From positions 2,550,001-2,582,000 of the forward strand of contig NZ_LT934425.1 in the NCBI RefSeq assembly GCF_900232105.1: DNA of 32,000 nt, given 5' to 3'. Below are positions 1 through 8,836 of this stretch, piece by piece. This stretch comes from Candidatus Kuenenia stuttgartensis. GTDB taxonomy: Bacteria; Planctomycetota; Brocadiia; Brocadiales; Brocadiaceae. The stretch's first letter is position 1; each line of letters starts with the position of its first letter. Under the pieces are notes generated by a model. The model made no database searches, was not told where the DNA came from, and saw only the letters and a list, made by a program, of their open reading frames with translations. The position numbers were made by a program, and so were the translations under genes.

Positions 1-957
1 TTTCCCGGAGTTTGCATTTATTGCCAGATGCCATCCTCCACATACGGAAGCAAACGATCCATCGGGAAACTTTGGTAACAGGGCAACACCTACTTTGTCT
101 TTCAGTGTTATGTCTTCCTGGCATAAATCCCACACATATGTCCAATTCCGCAAAAAAAGTCCCTTACCCTGTTGGAACAAATGCCTTGAAGATTCCTCCA
201 TTAGCTCGCTATAAGTATTTTGTGGAGAGATTTTATATTTCCAGATTAAATCATGCATAAGCTGGAGGGCTGTTTTGTTTTGTGCAGAATCTATCACAGT
301 ATTTCCGGTATCATCAATTATTTGACCATTGTTACTGCCAATAAATTCTATAAAATTGCAAACCAAACCCTCATACTGCTTGCCCTGCCATAAATATCCG
401 TAAACATCCTCCTTTCCTGAAATCTTTTCACATACTGCCACAAACTGATCCCAGTCAACAGGCAGAGGAAGATGATATTTTTCCAGTAAATCTTTCCTAT
501 AATAGAGAAGTCCTATATTAATATTCCAGGGAATTGCATAAAGGGTATTATTGTAAACATTCGTTTTTTCCGTTACAGGAATGAACGCACCTCGTTCTTT
601 GCTGTTAATATAGGCATTCAGAGGCTCAATCCAATGTGCTGATGCGAACTCAGGGATCCAAATGGTATCGATTCGCATAACATCTACATACTTGGTTCCG
701 GCGTCTAAAGTGGAGAGATAATAGTGGTGTTGTTGATCTGAGGGGGAGGGAAGGGCATTTAATTTTACTTTTATTCCATGATTTTCTTTTTCATACGCAG
801 CAATTATTTCTCTGATAAAGGAAATTTCTTTTGTACCTGCGCCAACACTAAAAACAATTTCATCAGTTTTTTCCTGTTTTAAAAATGTATAAACAATCCA
901 AGTCCCTAACAAAAAATATACTGATAATACGGCAATTAGTCTTATATTGAATTTCAA
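1..957 (-). CDS. Extracellular solute-binding protein of an ABC (sugar-type) transporter, C-terminus cut by window edge
   Basis: Manual minus-strand translation, absent from the ORF track because it runs off the window: LKFNIRLIAVLSVYFLLGTWIVY (signal/TM) ...EIVFSVGAGTKEISFIREIIAAYEKENHGIKVKL... DVMRIDTIWIPEFASAHWIEPL... YAIPWNINIGLLYYRKDLLEKY... GGWHLAINANSGK, typical of MalE-like SBPs. TTG start is tentative. Confidence 0.82.
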   Translation of the reverse strand, partial: MKFNIRLIAVLSVYFLLGTWIVYTFLKQEKTDEIVFSVGAGTKEISFIREIIAAYEKENHGIKVKLNALPSPSDQQHHYYLSTLDAGTKYVDVMRIDTIWIPEFASAHWIEPLNAYINSKERGAFIPVTEKTNVYNNTLYAIPWNINIGLLYYRKDLLEKYHLPLPVDWDQFVAVCEKISGKEDVYGYLWQGKQYEGLVCNFIEFIGSNNGQIIDDTGNTVIDSAQNKTALQLMHDLIWKYKISPQNTYSELMEESSRHLFQQGKGLFLRNWTYVWDLCQEDITLKDKVGVALLPKFPDGSFASVCGGWHLAINANSGK

Positions 958-1215
958 CTGAAATCTCTGTGTTTACCTATAGACATAGTAGTTTTATCTT
1001 TGGTCTTCTCTCTTGGTGATACTTGTCCGTTCCAACATTTTGAAAATTTAAACATTTGTTTATTGGAGAAAAGAGGCGTTTTTATCCTTAAATTACCATT
1101 ACAGCGACATTTTTATTTCAGAATTGCAGCAATTTTTTGGAAAGAAACAACCCTGTCAGAGTTAATATCCTGCCGGTTTTCGTGCAGAACGTAAGAATAA
1201 AATGTCACAGAGGTA

Positions 1216-1998
1216 CTACCTACTATGCCCGGCAGGACTAACAACCTCTCTCGCCTCCCGATTCCATGCTTTATGTTTTTTAACTAATTCATCCAATTCT
1301 TTTACGTTTAAAATATTTTGTTGCAGGAAATATTCGCCGAAAGGACGCTGAAGCCTCCGCTGTCTTCCCAGAAGTGCCAAATACTGAAAATGTGTTATAA
1401 AACCGTTCCGGCATGCGTATTCAGCGAATTTTTCACGATGGTTTCTTGTTGTCAAGATGTTTCGTATATCTTCAGTCGTTAAAATATTCCAATCTCTTGC
1501 AAGCTGCCCGATAAGCGGTCTTTGCTTCCTCTGCCAAAAAATAGCGGATAGCAATGTCCTCCACGAAATAGCGCCTGAATAATACATATATTGACCAATC
1601 AGTAGTTTCCGCTTTGGAATGCTGCCTTTGTAAAAAAATTCTGTAACATTGTTTTGCTTTTTAGAATGTGCCGTATGCCTTACGGTCTTTTGTACATCCT
1701 CCCTTTGTTTTGTTGTTTTGTTTCCGGCGATAAGCACGTTCGCACTTTGGCTCTTTATGAAAAGATTTAGTCTTTCATACGCCAGAACTATCTCTTTAAA
1801 ATGCTGTATCATATCGGATTCTAACCTTCCCAGCATTTTAGCCCTGTCCGGGTGGGTTTCCAGCACCTTCTTCCTGTAAACCATCCTGAGTTCGGAAGGC
1901 AACATGTTTTGCAAGAAACTGGTGATATTTACAATGTCAGGGCCAAATAACAAACGGCAATCATTGAGAAGTTTTGTTCCGGATATAATATCTGGCAT
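1216..1998 (-). CDS. J-domain-like (DnaJ-like) protein with C-terminal helical region
   Basis: HPD motif in YRKKVLETHPDRAKMLG...FKEIVLAYERL; C-terminal region KLLIGQYMYYSGAISWRTLLSAI..RPLIGQLARDWNILTTEDIRNIL resembles the repeated two-helix 'LGQLLV..G.it..dl..al' pattern. Confidence 0.6.
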   Translation of the reverse strand: MPDIISGTKLLNDCRLLFGPDIVNITSFLQNMLPSELRMVYRKKVLETHPDRAKMLGRLESDMIQHFKEIVLAYERLNLFIKSQSANVLIAGNKTTKQREDVQKTVRHTAHSKKQNNVTEFFYKGSIPKRKLLIGQYMYYSGAISWRTLLSAIFWQRKQRPLIGQLARDWNILTTEDIRNILTTRNHREKFAEYACRNGFITHFQYLALLGRQRRLQRPFGEYFLQQNILNVKELDELVKKHKAWNREAREVVSPAGHSR

Positions 1999-2191
1999 TA
2001 TTTCCCCTTTATCATATTATCACTGCTTGGTATACAGGAAATAAAAAACATACAGGATTTTGTCGTTACAATAAAAGAATTTTTTTGCCTTGTCAAGCCA
2101 TAAAACATTTTACTTCATATGGCCAGGCACTATTAAATTGCAGGAACGCGTGCGTCTCTACTTTTTGGTTGCGGCCTTGCTGCGCTATGCA

Positions 2192-2395
2192 TTATGCCTT
2201 TGACGTCCGACAATTATTCCAGAGCTTCGGAAGGGAAAGATATGCTTCGTATCCCTTTATCTTCCGGTCGTTTTTTCCATTCCTCTTTTGCGGCAGAAAT
2301 TGTTGCCCCTCGGCTTCTAACCGGTTAATTATTCTGTACAGTGTCGGTAGCGAGATGATAATGTTCTCCTCCTTCAGCAAGTCCTGTATCTCTTT
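2192..2395 (-). pseudogene. Remnant of integrase-type transposase (internal HTH segment)
   Basis: Fragment EIQDLLKEENIIISLPTLYRIINRLEAEG...KRNGKNDRKIKGYE resembles the second HTH/linker of IS481/IS3-like transposases; no catalytic core present. Confidence 0.35.
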
Positions 2396-2403
2396 TTTAC
2401 CGG

Positions 2404-2509
2404 CTCGAAAATAAGACTACAAAAAATAGCTCAAACACAGGTACCGCAATATGATATGGCTATAAAACCATTTTCATAGTTTCTGGGTGTTGCAAATGCA
2501 AAATGATGA
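2404..2509 (+). repeat. Copy 1 of a ~106-bp imperfect direct repeat
   Basis: ctcgaaaataagactac..atgatatggctataaaaccattttcatagtttctgggtgttgcaaatgcaaaatgatga; by-eye alignment ~85% identical to 2834-2939 with no gap. Confidence 0.9.
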
Positions 2510-2559
2510 AGGAAGACTTATTTTGTCATTACAATTGCATCAGCTTGTCATTGCAAGGG

Positions 2560-2773
2560 GTCTCAGCTTGTCATTGCGAGGGCTTTTTCCGAAGCAATCA
2601 GTATACTACGAGATATTTCGTAACGTAAGAAACGCCATATCGCGGGAGAAGCAAATTAAGGGTGGCTCAAGGGCTAAAAAAATAGAATTAATTAATGAAT
2701 ACAGGATGGAAGGGTCTCTATGACGGTTTATGAGATTGCTTCGGAAAAAGCTCTCGCAATGACAAGCTGAGAC
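2560..2773. repeat. Inverted-repeat element (REP/MITE-like), 40-bp arms 2560-2599 and 2734-2773
   Basis: gtctcagcttgtcattgcgagggctttttccgaagcaatc versus gattgcttcggaaaaagctctcgcaatgacaagctgagac: reverse complements with one mismatch. Confidence 0.85.
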
Positions 2774-2833
2774 CTTTTGGATGGCCATATATATTTGAAC
2801 CGGTACAGAAACAGAAATGCCAGATGTTTCCAA

Positions 2834-2939
2834 CTCGAAAGTAAGACTAGAAAAAATAGTTTAAGTACATATATTACAACATGATATGGTTATAAAATCA
2901 TTTTCATCGTTTCTGGGTGTTGCAAATGCAACATGATGA
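2834..2939 (+). repeat. Copy 2 of the ~106-bp imperfect direct repeat
   Basis: ctcgaaagtaagactag..atgatatggttataaaatcattttcatcgtttctgggtgttgcaaatgcaacatgatga; see 2404-2509. Confidence 0.9.
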
Positions 2940-2978
2940 CTGTTTACAAAATATATTTCGAGTAATACTTTTATCCTG

Positions 2979-3198
2979 TCAGTTGTTTCTCTGGGTATCT
3001 ATAAGCACCTTTTCTGCTTTGGCCTGCGGGATTTTTTCATCCTCAAGGGAAGAGGGGTCGCCCGGACGATAACGCTTCTTCCTCCGGTAAAACGTATCGG
3101 GAGAAATACCAAAATGCCTGCACGTTTTTCTCGCATTTGTCCCGCATTTTTCGTAATACTCAAACCATGCATGTCTTTTTTTGGGCTTCTTCTGACAT
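2979..3198 (-). pseudogene. N-terminal HTH remnant of an IS481/integrase-type transposase
   Basis: MSEEAQK / RHAWFEYYEKCGTNARKTCRHFGISPDTFYRRKKRYRPGDPSSLEDEK; the poly-T tract near 3176-3182 puts it one base out of frame; stops after DTQRNN. Confidence 0.55.
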
Positions 3199-3397
3199 TT
3201 CTATGCTTTTTCTAAAACCCCTGTTTTCCTCGGTCTGGCAAAACATCTGACCATACCGGAGTTTATAATGTATAGGCTTAATGCACACAAAGAGAAAATA
3301 ATTTGACTTATTTCTTCAAATATACTAGATTAATCCCCTAATTTCCTGTCAAATAAATACTTATTTACTTCCTTTACCGTTAATATCGAATAGCATT

Positions 3398-4810
3398 TTG
3401 CCGGCATTGTCTATGAAATCCTGTACTGCCAGTAAATCCGAAATAACGAACCTGCTTGCCCCATTAAGAAAATGTTTAGGGGAAAAAAACGTCCTTATTG
3501 CCCTTGAAGACCGGATATGCTATGCATACGACGGCTCAAAACAAAAATACCTTCCCGATATTGTTGTGCGGCCGCAGACGACGCAACACGTTGTGGAAGC
3601 GGTGCGGCTCGCAAATGAACATGAAATTCCGGTTTATCCGCGTGGAGCCGGCTCAGGACTTACCGGCGGCGCGGTTCCTGTCTTTGGCGGCATGGTATTA
3701 GACTTTGCCCAAATGAACCGTATCCTGGAAATCGTTCCGGAAGACCTTGTTGCCACCGTAGAACCCGGCGTTGTTACACAAACATTACAAACAGAAGCTG
3801 CCAAATATAATCTTTTTTATCCCCCTGACCCTGCAAGTGCAGCATTCTCTACTATCGGGGGTAATGTGGCGGAATGCGCTGGTGGGATCACCGGTTTAAA
3901 ATACGGCGTAACAAGGGATTACATCCTTGCACTGGAAGTGGTTCTTGCCGACGGAAGTGTTATTAATACCGGACGCAAAACGCTTAAGAGCGTTACCGGA
4001 TATGATATCACCCGGCTCCTTGTTGGTTCTGAGGGTACGCTTGGTATTTTTACAAGAATCACAGTAAAACTGATTCCATTGCCGGAAAAAATTGAAACGC
4101 TTCTCGTTTTTTTCCCTACGCCAAAAGACGCCGTGGAATCAGCAAGTACCATCATCTCTCACAATATTCTGCCCCGTGCACTTGAATTTATTGACAAATC
4201 AAGCATCGATTGCATCAAAGGATACCGGCAGGAAATCGAATTGCCGGAAGATGCAAACGCAATCCTTATCATAGATATTGACGGGGAAGAAAAAAGCGTT
4301 CAAAAAGGAATTGCACGGGTAAAAACGTTTGTTTCAGAACACCGCGCAATTAAGATTATCGCCGCAAGTGATGCGAAAGAGCGCAATGACCTCTGGGAGG
4401 TTCGGCGCATTCTTTCGCCCGCTCTTTATAAAATCGCACCGTATAAAATCAATGAGGACATTTGTGTTCCCCGAAGCCGGATATTAGAAATACTTCACGC
4501 TATTAACGACACGAACTCCCGTTACCCTCGCCTGAAGGCTGCAAATTTCGGACATATCGGGGATGGCAATATCCATGTAAATGTTATGTATGAGGAAGAA
4601 GGGGACCGTCCGTTTGCGGAAAAAATGATTGATGAAATTATCCGCAGCACTATCAGGTTAGGTGGAACCATTTCCGGAGAACACGGCATTGGAAATGTAA
4701 AATCAAAATTCCTGCCGCTTGAAATAGCGCCGCAGGAATTGCAGATTATGAAAGATATCAAACGCTTGTTTGACCCAAAAGGAATATTAAATCCGGGCAA
4801 ATTTTTTTAA
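3398..4810 (+). CDS. glcD: FAD-linked oxidase, GlcD/D-lactate dehydrogenase family
   Basis: FAD_binding_4 signature PRGAGSGLTGGAVP, STIGGNVAECAGGITGLKYGVTRDYILALEVVLADG, GSEGTLGIFT; C-terminal NFGHIGDGNIHVNV and GGTISGEHGIGNVK, FDPKGILNPGK. Confidence 0.92.
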   Translation: MPALSMKSCTASKSEITNLLAPLRKCLGEKNVLIALEDRICYAYDGSKQKYLPDIVVRPQTTQHVVEAVRLANEHEIPVYPRGAGSGLTGGAVPVFGGMVLDFAQMNRILEIVPEDLVATVEPGVVTQTLQTEAAKYNLFYPPDPASAAFSTIGGNVAECAGGITGLKYGVTRDYILALEVVLADGSVINTGRKTLKSVTGYDITRLLVGSEGTLGIFTRITVKLIPLPEKIETLLVFFPTPKDAVESASTIISHNILPRALEFIDKSSIDCIKGYRQEIELPEDANAILIIDIDGEEKSVQKGIARVKTFVSEHRAIKIIAASDAKERNDLWEVRRILSPALYKIAPYKINEDICVPRSRILEILHAINDTNSRYPRLKAANFGHIGDGNIHVNVMYEEEGDRPFAEKMIDEIIRSTIRLGGTISGEHGIGNVKSKFLPLEIAPQELQIMKDIKRLFDPKGILNPGKFF

Positions 4811-5019
4811 TAATTACACTGCCCATTCCCGGTCTCCGGTTTAGGACCTCTGATTTCTGTACATATTTAGATTAATTTGGCGTTTTACGTTAGCGCTTAT
4901 GGGGCGAAGCTACCTGCTATACTAAACTGATTCACTACTTATAAACACTTCGGGTTGAGCAGTGTCTTCCATTTTATATATGTTTTCATTTTTTGTTTAG
5001 AGAAGGAGTCTTTTTTTTT

Positions 5020-6195
5020 ATGGTATTATCAAGAGTTGCGCGAGAGATACAAGCATCAGCCACCCTTGCCATTACCGCCAAGGCAAAACAATTGGCCGCT
5101 GAAGGCAAAGATGTAATTGGTTTTGGCGCCGGAGAACCGGATTTTGACACGCCGGAAAATATTAAAAACGCTGCCATAAAAGCTATTAAAAACGGCTTTA
5201 CCAAATATACCCCCACTTCCGGTGTGCCAAAATTAAAAGAGGCGATCTGTGAAAAACTTTTTAACGACAACCACCTGAAATACGCCTCATCACAAATTCT
5301 TGTTTCCGCAGGGGCAAAACAATCTATTTGCAATATAGCACTCGTTCTATGCGATACCGGAGACGAAGCAATCATACCCTCCCCTTATTGGGTTAGTTAT
5401 CCGGAAATGGTGACATTGGCAGGGGCAAAGCCCGTTTTCCTGGAAACGACTGACAAAGATAGTTTTAAGATTACGAAGGAATCCCTGGCGAAGGTTATTA
5501 CGCCCAAATCGAAACTACTTTTTTTGAACAGCCCTTCCAACCCTACCGGCATGGTTTATACAGAAGAGGAATTGCGGGAAATAGTTATGTTTGCCGTTGA
5601 AAAGGGACTATATGTAATTTCCGATGAAATCTATGAAAAAATTCTTTATGATGGTGCTGCGCATTTCAGCCCGGCGGCGATTAATGACGACTGCTATAAT
5701 AAAGTTGTAACGGTAAATGGGTTTTCAAAAGTCTATTCAATGACCGGCTGGCGTCTGGGCTATGCCGCGGGACCTGAAAAAATAATTAAAGCGGCAACCA
5801 ATATTCAGGATCATACCACTTCCGGTGCAAATTCTATTACCCAGCTTGCAGGACTTGAAGCCCTTCGTGGCAGTCAGGAGTCGGTAACCGTCATGGTGAA
5901 AGAATTTGACCGGCGCAGGAAATATATCGTAGAAAGACTTAATACCATAAAAGGCATTTCCTGCTTATTGCCGCAAGGGGCTTTTTATGCCTTCCCCAAT
6001 GTATCCCGTCTTTGTGAAAACCTCTCCTTAAAAGGTTCTTTTGATCTCGTCTCTCTCCTGCTAGAAAAGGCACACATTGCATTTGTTCCCGGTGCTCCTT
6101 TCGGTGCTGACGCACACATAAGGATTTCATATGCAACGTCAATGGAGAATATTGAAAAAGGGATGGATAGGTTTGAGAAATTCCTAAATACCTAA
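5020..6195 (+). CDS. aspC: Pyridoxal-phosphate-dependent aspartate aminotransferase
   Basis: GAGEPDFDTP, NSPSNPTG, VNGFSKVYSMTGWRLGY (PLP lysine) motifs; upstream ORF codons rejected in favour of ATG at 5020 preceded by gaaggag. Confidence 0.92.
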   Translation: MVLSRVAREIQASATLAITAKAKQLAAEGKDVIGFGAGEPDFDTPENIKNAAIKAIKNGFTKYTPTSGVPKLKEAICEKLFNDNHLKYASSQILVSAGAKQSICNIALVLCDTGDEAIIPSPYWVSYPEMVTLAGAKPVFLETTDKDSFKITKESLAKVITPKSKLLFLNSPSNPTGMVYTEEELREIVMFAVEKGLYVISDEIYEKILYDGAAHFSPAAINDDCYNKVVTVNGFSKVYSMTGWRLGYAAGPEKIIKAATNIQDHTTSGANSITQLAGLEALRGSQESVTVMVKEFDRRRKYIVERLNTIKGISCLLPQGAFYAFPNVSRLCENLSLKGSFDLVSLLLEKAHIAFVPGAPFGADAHIRISYATSMENIEKGMDRFEKFLNT

Positions 6196-6321
6196 ACCGG
6201 GACAAACAGAACCAAACAAGCACGAAAACAGTCCTCGGTCCTCAATAGGCAATCGGCCGACCGCCGACTGTAGGAGTGTCAACAACAAATAGTAAAGGCC
6301 TTTGGTGTTTTAGCAATAAGT

Positions 6322-6585
6322 GTGAAGCTGAGTGTAAAGCGGCTAAGAGAACATGGTCCGAAGGGATTTTTTCGTCAGGCAGTGCGAACAATGTCCGCCC
6401 ACCTGCTTACACCTGAGGTAAGAGAAAAGGTATAAAAGCGACTGGACAGAGGGCAGGGTGTTTCTGAAACAGGCAAGAAATTAAATATCAATTCAAGTAC
6501 GATTCACAAAGCAATCCAAAGCAGACAGTTAGAGAAAAAAAACGGCAGAAGGCTTTCGGGGGCAAAGAAACAAAAGTGAACGTGC
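6322..6585 (+). pseudogene. Decayed HTH protein, probable transposase/recombinase remnant
   Basis: Frame reads VKLSVKRLREHGPKGFFRQAVRTMSAHLLTPEVREKV*KRLDRGQGVSETGKKLNINSSTIHKAIQSRQLEKKNGRRLSGAKKQK with an internal TAA. Confidence 0.5.
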
Positions 6586-6752
6586 GGTGATCTATAGTCG
6601 TGCCGGTATGGGTATTGGATGTATGCTGGAATAAGCGTAAGCCGCAGGATAAATAGCATGCGAGCGGGTATGGAAAAGAATCTAAGGCTTAAAATGACTT
6701 TTGATATGCTGAAATCACGAACCAAGAGGTGATACAGACCTACTGCGCCTAC

Positions 6753-8834
6753 TCATTCGCAGGTGTTCGTCAAATAAATATCCCTATCGATCCGTACTCC
6801 GGCAGTCGGACAAACATTAACACACTCCTCGCAACCATCGCAGTGAGTCTCGCCTAAAGGAATATTTATCATGGGAGTAATGCGTGTTGAAAATCCCCTT
6901 CCCGCATCGCCCAATATATAGCATTTTTTAACTTCATCGCAGGCCCTCACACAAGCATTGCAATTTATACACTTATGTATTTCCATCTTTATTTTTTCAT
7001 GGGAATAATCGGTTTTGTAAGTTCTTCTCTCACCTACATATAAGTTCTGATCAGCCTGGTATTTCTGAGAATGCTTCTTTAACGAACAAATGTCCACTAC
7101 ATTACATCCACATTCCAGGCATCTATTCGCCTCATTTGTCATCTCATCTCTGGTAAAACTACATTCGACTTCTTCAAAATTGCCAAGGCGTTTTTCAACC
7201 GGCAGCAAATCGATTTCTTTTCTTGTAACAGGTTTAAAAGATTCAAACATTTCAGCGGGCAAAGTATCCAGGTCGCCCGGATAGGAACTGAAGCGGATTT
7301 TTTCTCCCACCACCTCTTCCCCGTTAAGAAATTGATTTATTGACTGTGCGGCCTTTCTTGCATCTGCAACTGCACGAACGGCAAGATCAGGCCCTTTGTA
7401 ACAATCTCCGGCAACAAAAATTCTTGGGTCTGCAACTGTTTGGTAGCTGTTTCCTTTTGTATCGAACATGCCCCATTTATTCACCGCCTTGTTTTTAACA
7501 AAAGAAAAGTCCGTTTTCTGGCCAATGGCCATAATAATCGAATCTGCCTCAATTGCAAATTCACTGCCTTCTAAGGTGACGGGGCGCCTTCTTCCGCTCT
7601 CATCGGGTTCACTCAGTTCCATCTTTACGCAGATTATTTTAAGGCCTTTGCCAGATTTTTCTATTTTTATGGGATTGGTTAATACCTGAATATCCACCCC
7701 CTCGTCATAGGCATCCCGGACTTCGGCATGATGGGCGGGCATTTCTTTTTCTGTACGCCGATACACAATAGTTGCTTTTGCTCCCAACCTCACAGAAGCC
7801 CTTGCGGCGTCCATTGCTGTGCTTCCTCCCCCAGCAACAACCACACGCCTTCCAATATTTACAGGTTCATATTTAGCAAGTTTTTCCAGCAAATCTATGC
7901 CAGAAAAAACTCCTGGCAAATCCTCTCCTTCTATATTCATATACGATGCCCTGGAAGCCCCCACAGCCAGGAGGATTGCGTCAGAATCCTGCATGATTTT
8001 TTCAAAATCAATATCCTTCCCTACCTCCGTATTATAATGAATAGTGACGTCTAGCTGGTTTATTATGGCGTCTCCTTCCAAATCCATAACTTTTTCTGGA
8101 AGCCTGTAGTATGGGATTCCGTAACGTAACATTCCTCCATGTTTCGGATGGCGTTCGTAGATAGTTACTTCATGCCCTTGTAATCTGAGATAGTATGCTG
8201 CGGAAAGACCGGCAGGTCCCGCCCCTATAATCGTTACCTTTTTGCCTGAAGATTTTTGAGGTGTTTTCGGCAAAAAGGGGCCGCCTTCTTTTTCTTCCAT
8301 TTCAGAAATATAGCGCTTTTGAATGCCAATTAATATCGGTTTATCCACTTTTTGACGGCGGCAAACTTCCTCGCATGGCCTTGGACAAACACGTCCCAAA
8401 ACATTTGGGAAAGGTGCCTTTTCCCGAATAAGATTCGCCGCTTCTTTATACAGCCCCCTTGCTTCTAAAAAAAGGAAACCTTGTATATTGATATTAGCAG
8501 GACAGCCTTTTTGGTTGCATGGCGCATAACAATCGCCAAAATGATCTGAAAGGAGTAAATCCAGCGCAGCCTTCCGTGATGCCCGGACCTTTTCGTTTTC
8601 CAGTTCCACCACCATGCCATTTTCCAATTTAGTGGAACAAGATGGCACCATACCCCCACGACCGCTTTTCTGCTCTACCGTACAAACCCAACAACTTCCG
8701 TAATGCGATATTTTATCATTATGGCAAAGAGTCGGGATTTCCACCCCCAGCGATTTCGCCGCATCATATATGGTCATACCAGTATCAAACTGGTAATCCT
8801 TTCCATCGATAGTAACGTTGACTTTGTTTGACAT
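6753..8834 (-). CDS. NfnB/GltD-like NAD(P)H-dependent flavoprotein with N-terminal [2Fe-2S] and C-terminal 2x[4Fe-4S] domains
   Basis: N-terminal NuoG-like 2Fe-2S (TLCHNDKISHYGSCWVC); GltD cysteines (CPANINIQGF, GRVCPRPCEEVCRR); two Rossmann folds (GAGPAGLSAAYYL, VVVAGGGSTAMDAAR); C-terminal CINCNACVRACDE and CDGCEECVNVCPTAG. Confidence 0.9.
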   Translation of the reverse strand: MSNKVNVTIDGKDYQFDTGMTIYDAAKSLGVEIPTLCHNDKISHYGSCWVCTVEQKSGRGGMVPSCSTKLENGMVVELENEKVRASRKAALDLLLSDHFGDCYAPCNQKGCPANINIQGFLFLEARGLYKEAANLIREKAPFPNVLGRVCPRPCEEVCRRQKVDKPILIGIQKRYISEMEEKEGGPFLPKTPQKSSGKKVTIIGAGPAGLSAAYYLRLQGHEVTIYERHPKHGGMLRYGIPYYRLPEKVMDLEGDAIINQLDVTIHYNTEVGKDIDFEKIMQDSDAILLAVGASRASYMNIEGEDLPGVFSGIDLLEKLAKYEPVNIGRRVVVAGGGSTAMDAARASVRLGAKATIVYRRTEKEMPAHHAEVRDAYDEGVDIQVLTNPIKIEKSGKGLKIICVKMELSEPDESGRRRPVTLEGSEFAIEADSIIMAIGQKTDFSFVKNKAVNKWGMFDTKGNSYQTVADPRIFVAGDCYKGPDLAVRAVADARKAAQSINQFLNGEEVVGEKIRFSSYPGDLDTLPAEMFESFKPVTRKEIDLLPVEKRLGNFEEVECSFTRDEMTNEANRCLECGCNVVDICSLKKHSQKYQADQNLYVGERRTYKTDYSHEKIKMEIHKCINCNACVRACDEVKKCYILGDAGRGFSTRITPMINIPLGETHCDGCEECVNVCPTAGVRIDRDIYLTNTCE

Positions 8835-8836
8835 AA

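Noticed and set aside
2085-2833. Small ORFs 2085-2414, 2487-2723 and 2606-2833 as genes
   Set aside because: They run through direct and inverted repeats and transposase debris; no protein motif or RBS support.
4986-5375. Antisense ORFs overlapping aspC and many other antisense/short ORFs (e.g. 5939-6223, 7728-8054, 15472-15729, 26716-27087, 20546-21052)
   Set aside because: They overlap strongly supported genes on the opposite strand, have low-complexity or no recognisable motifs, and look like shadow ORFs.
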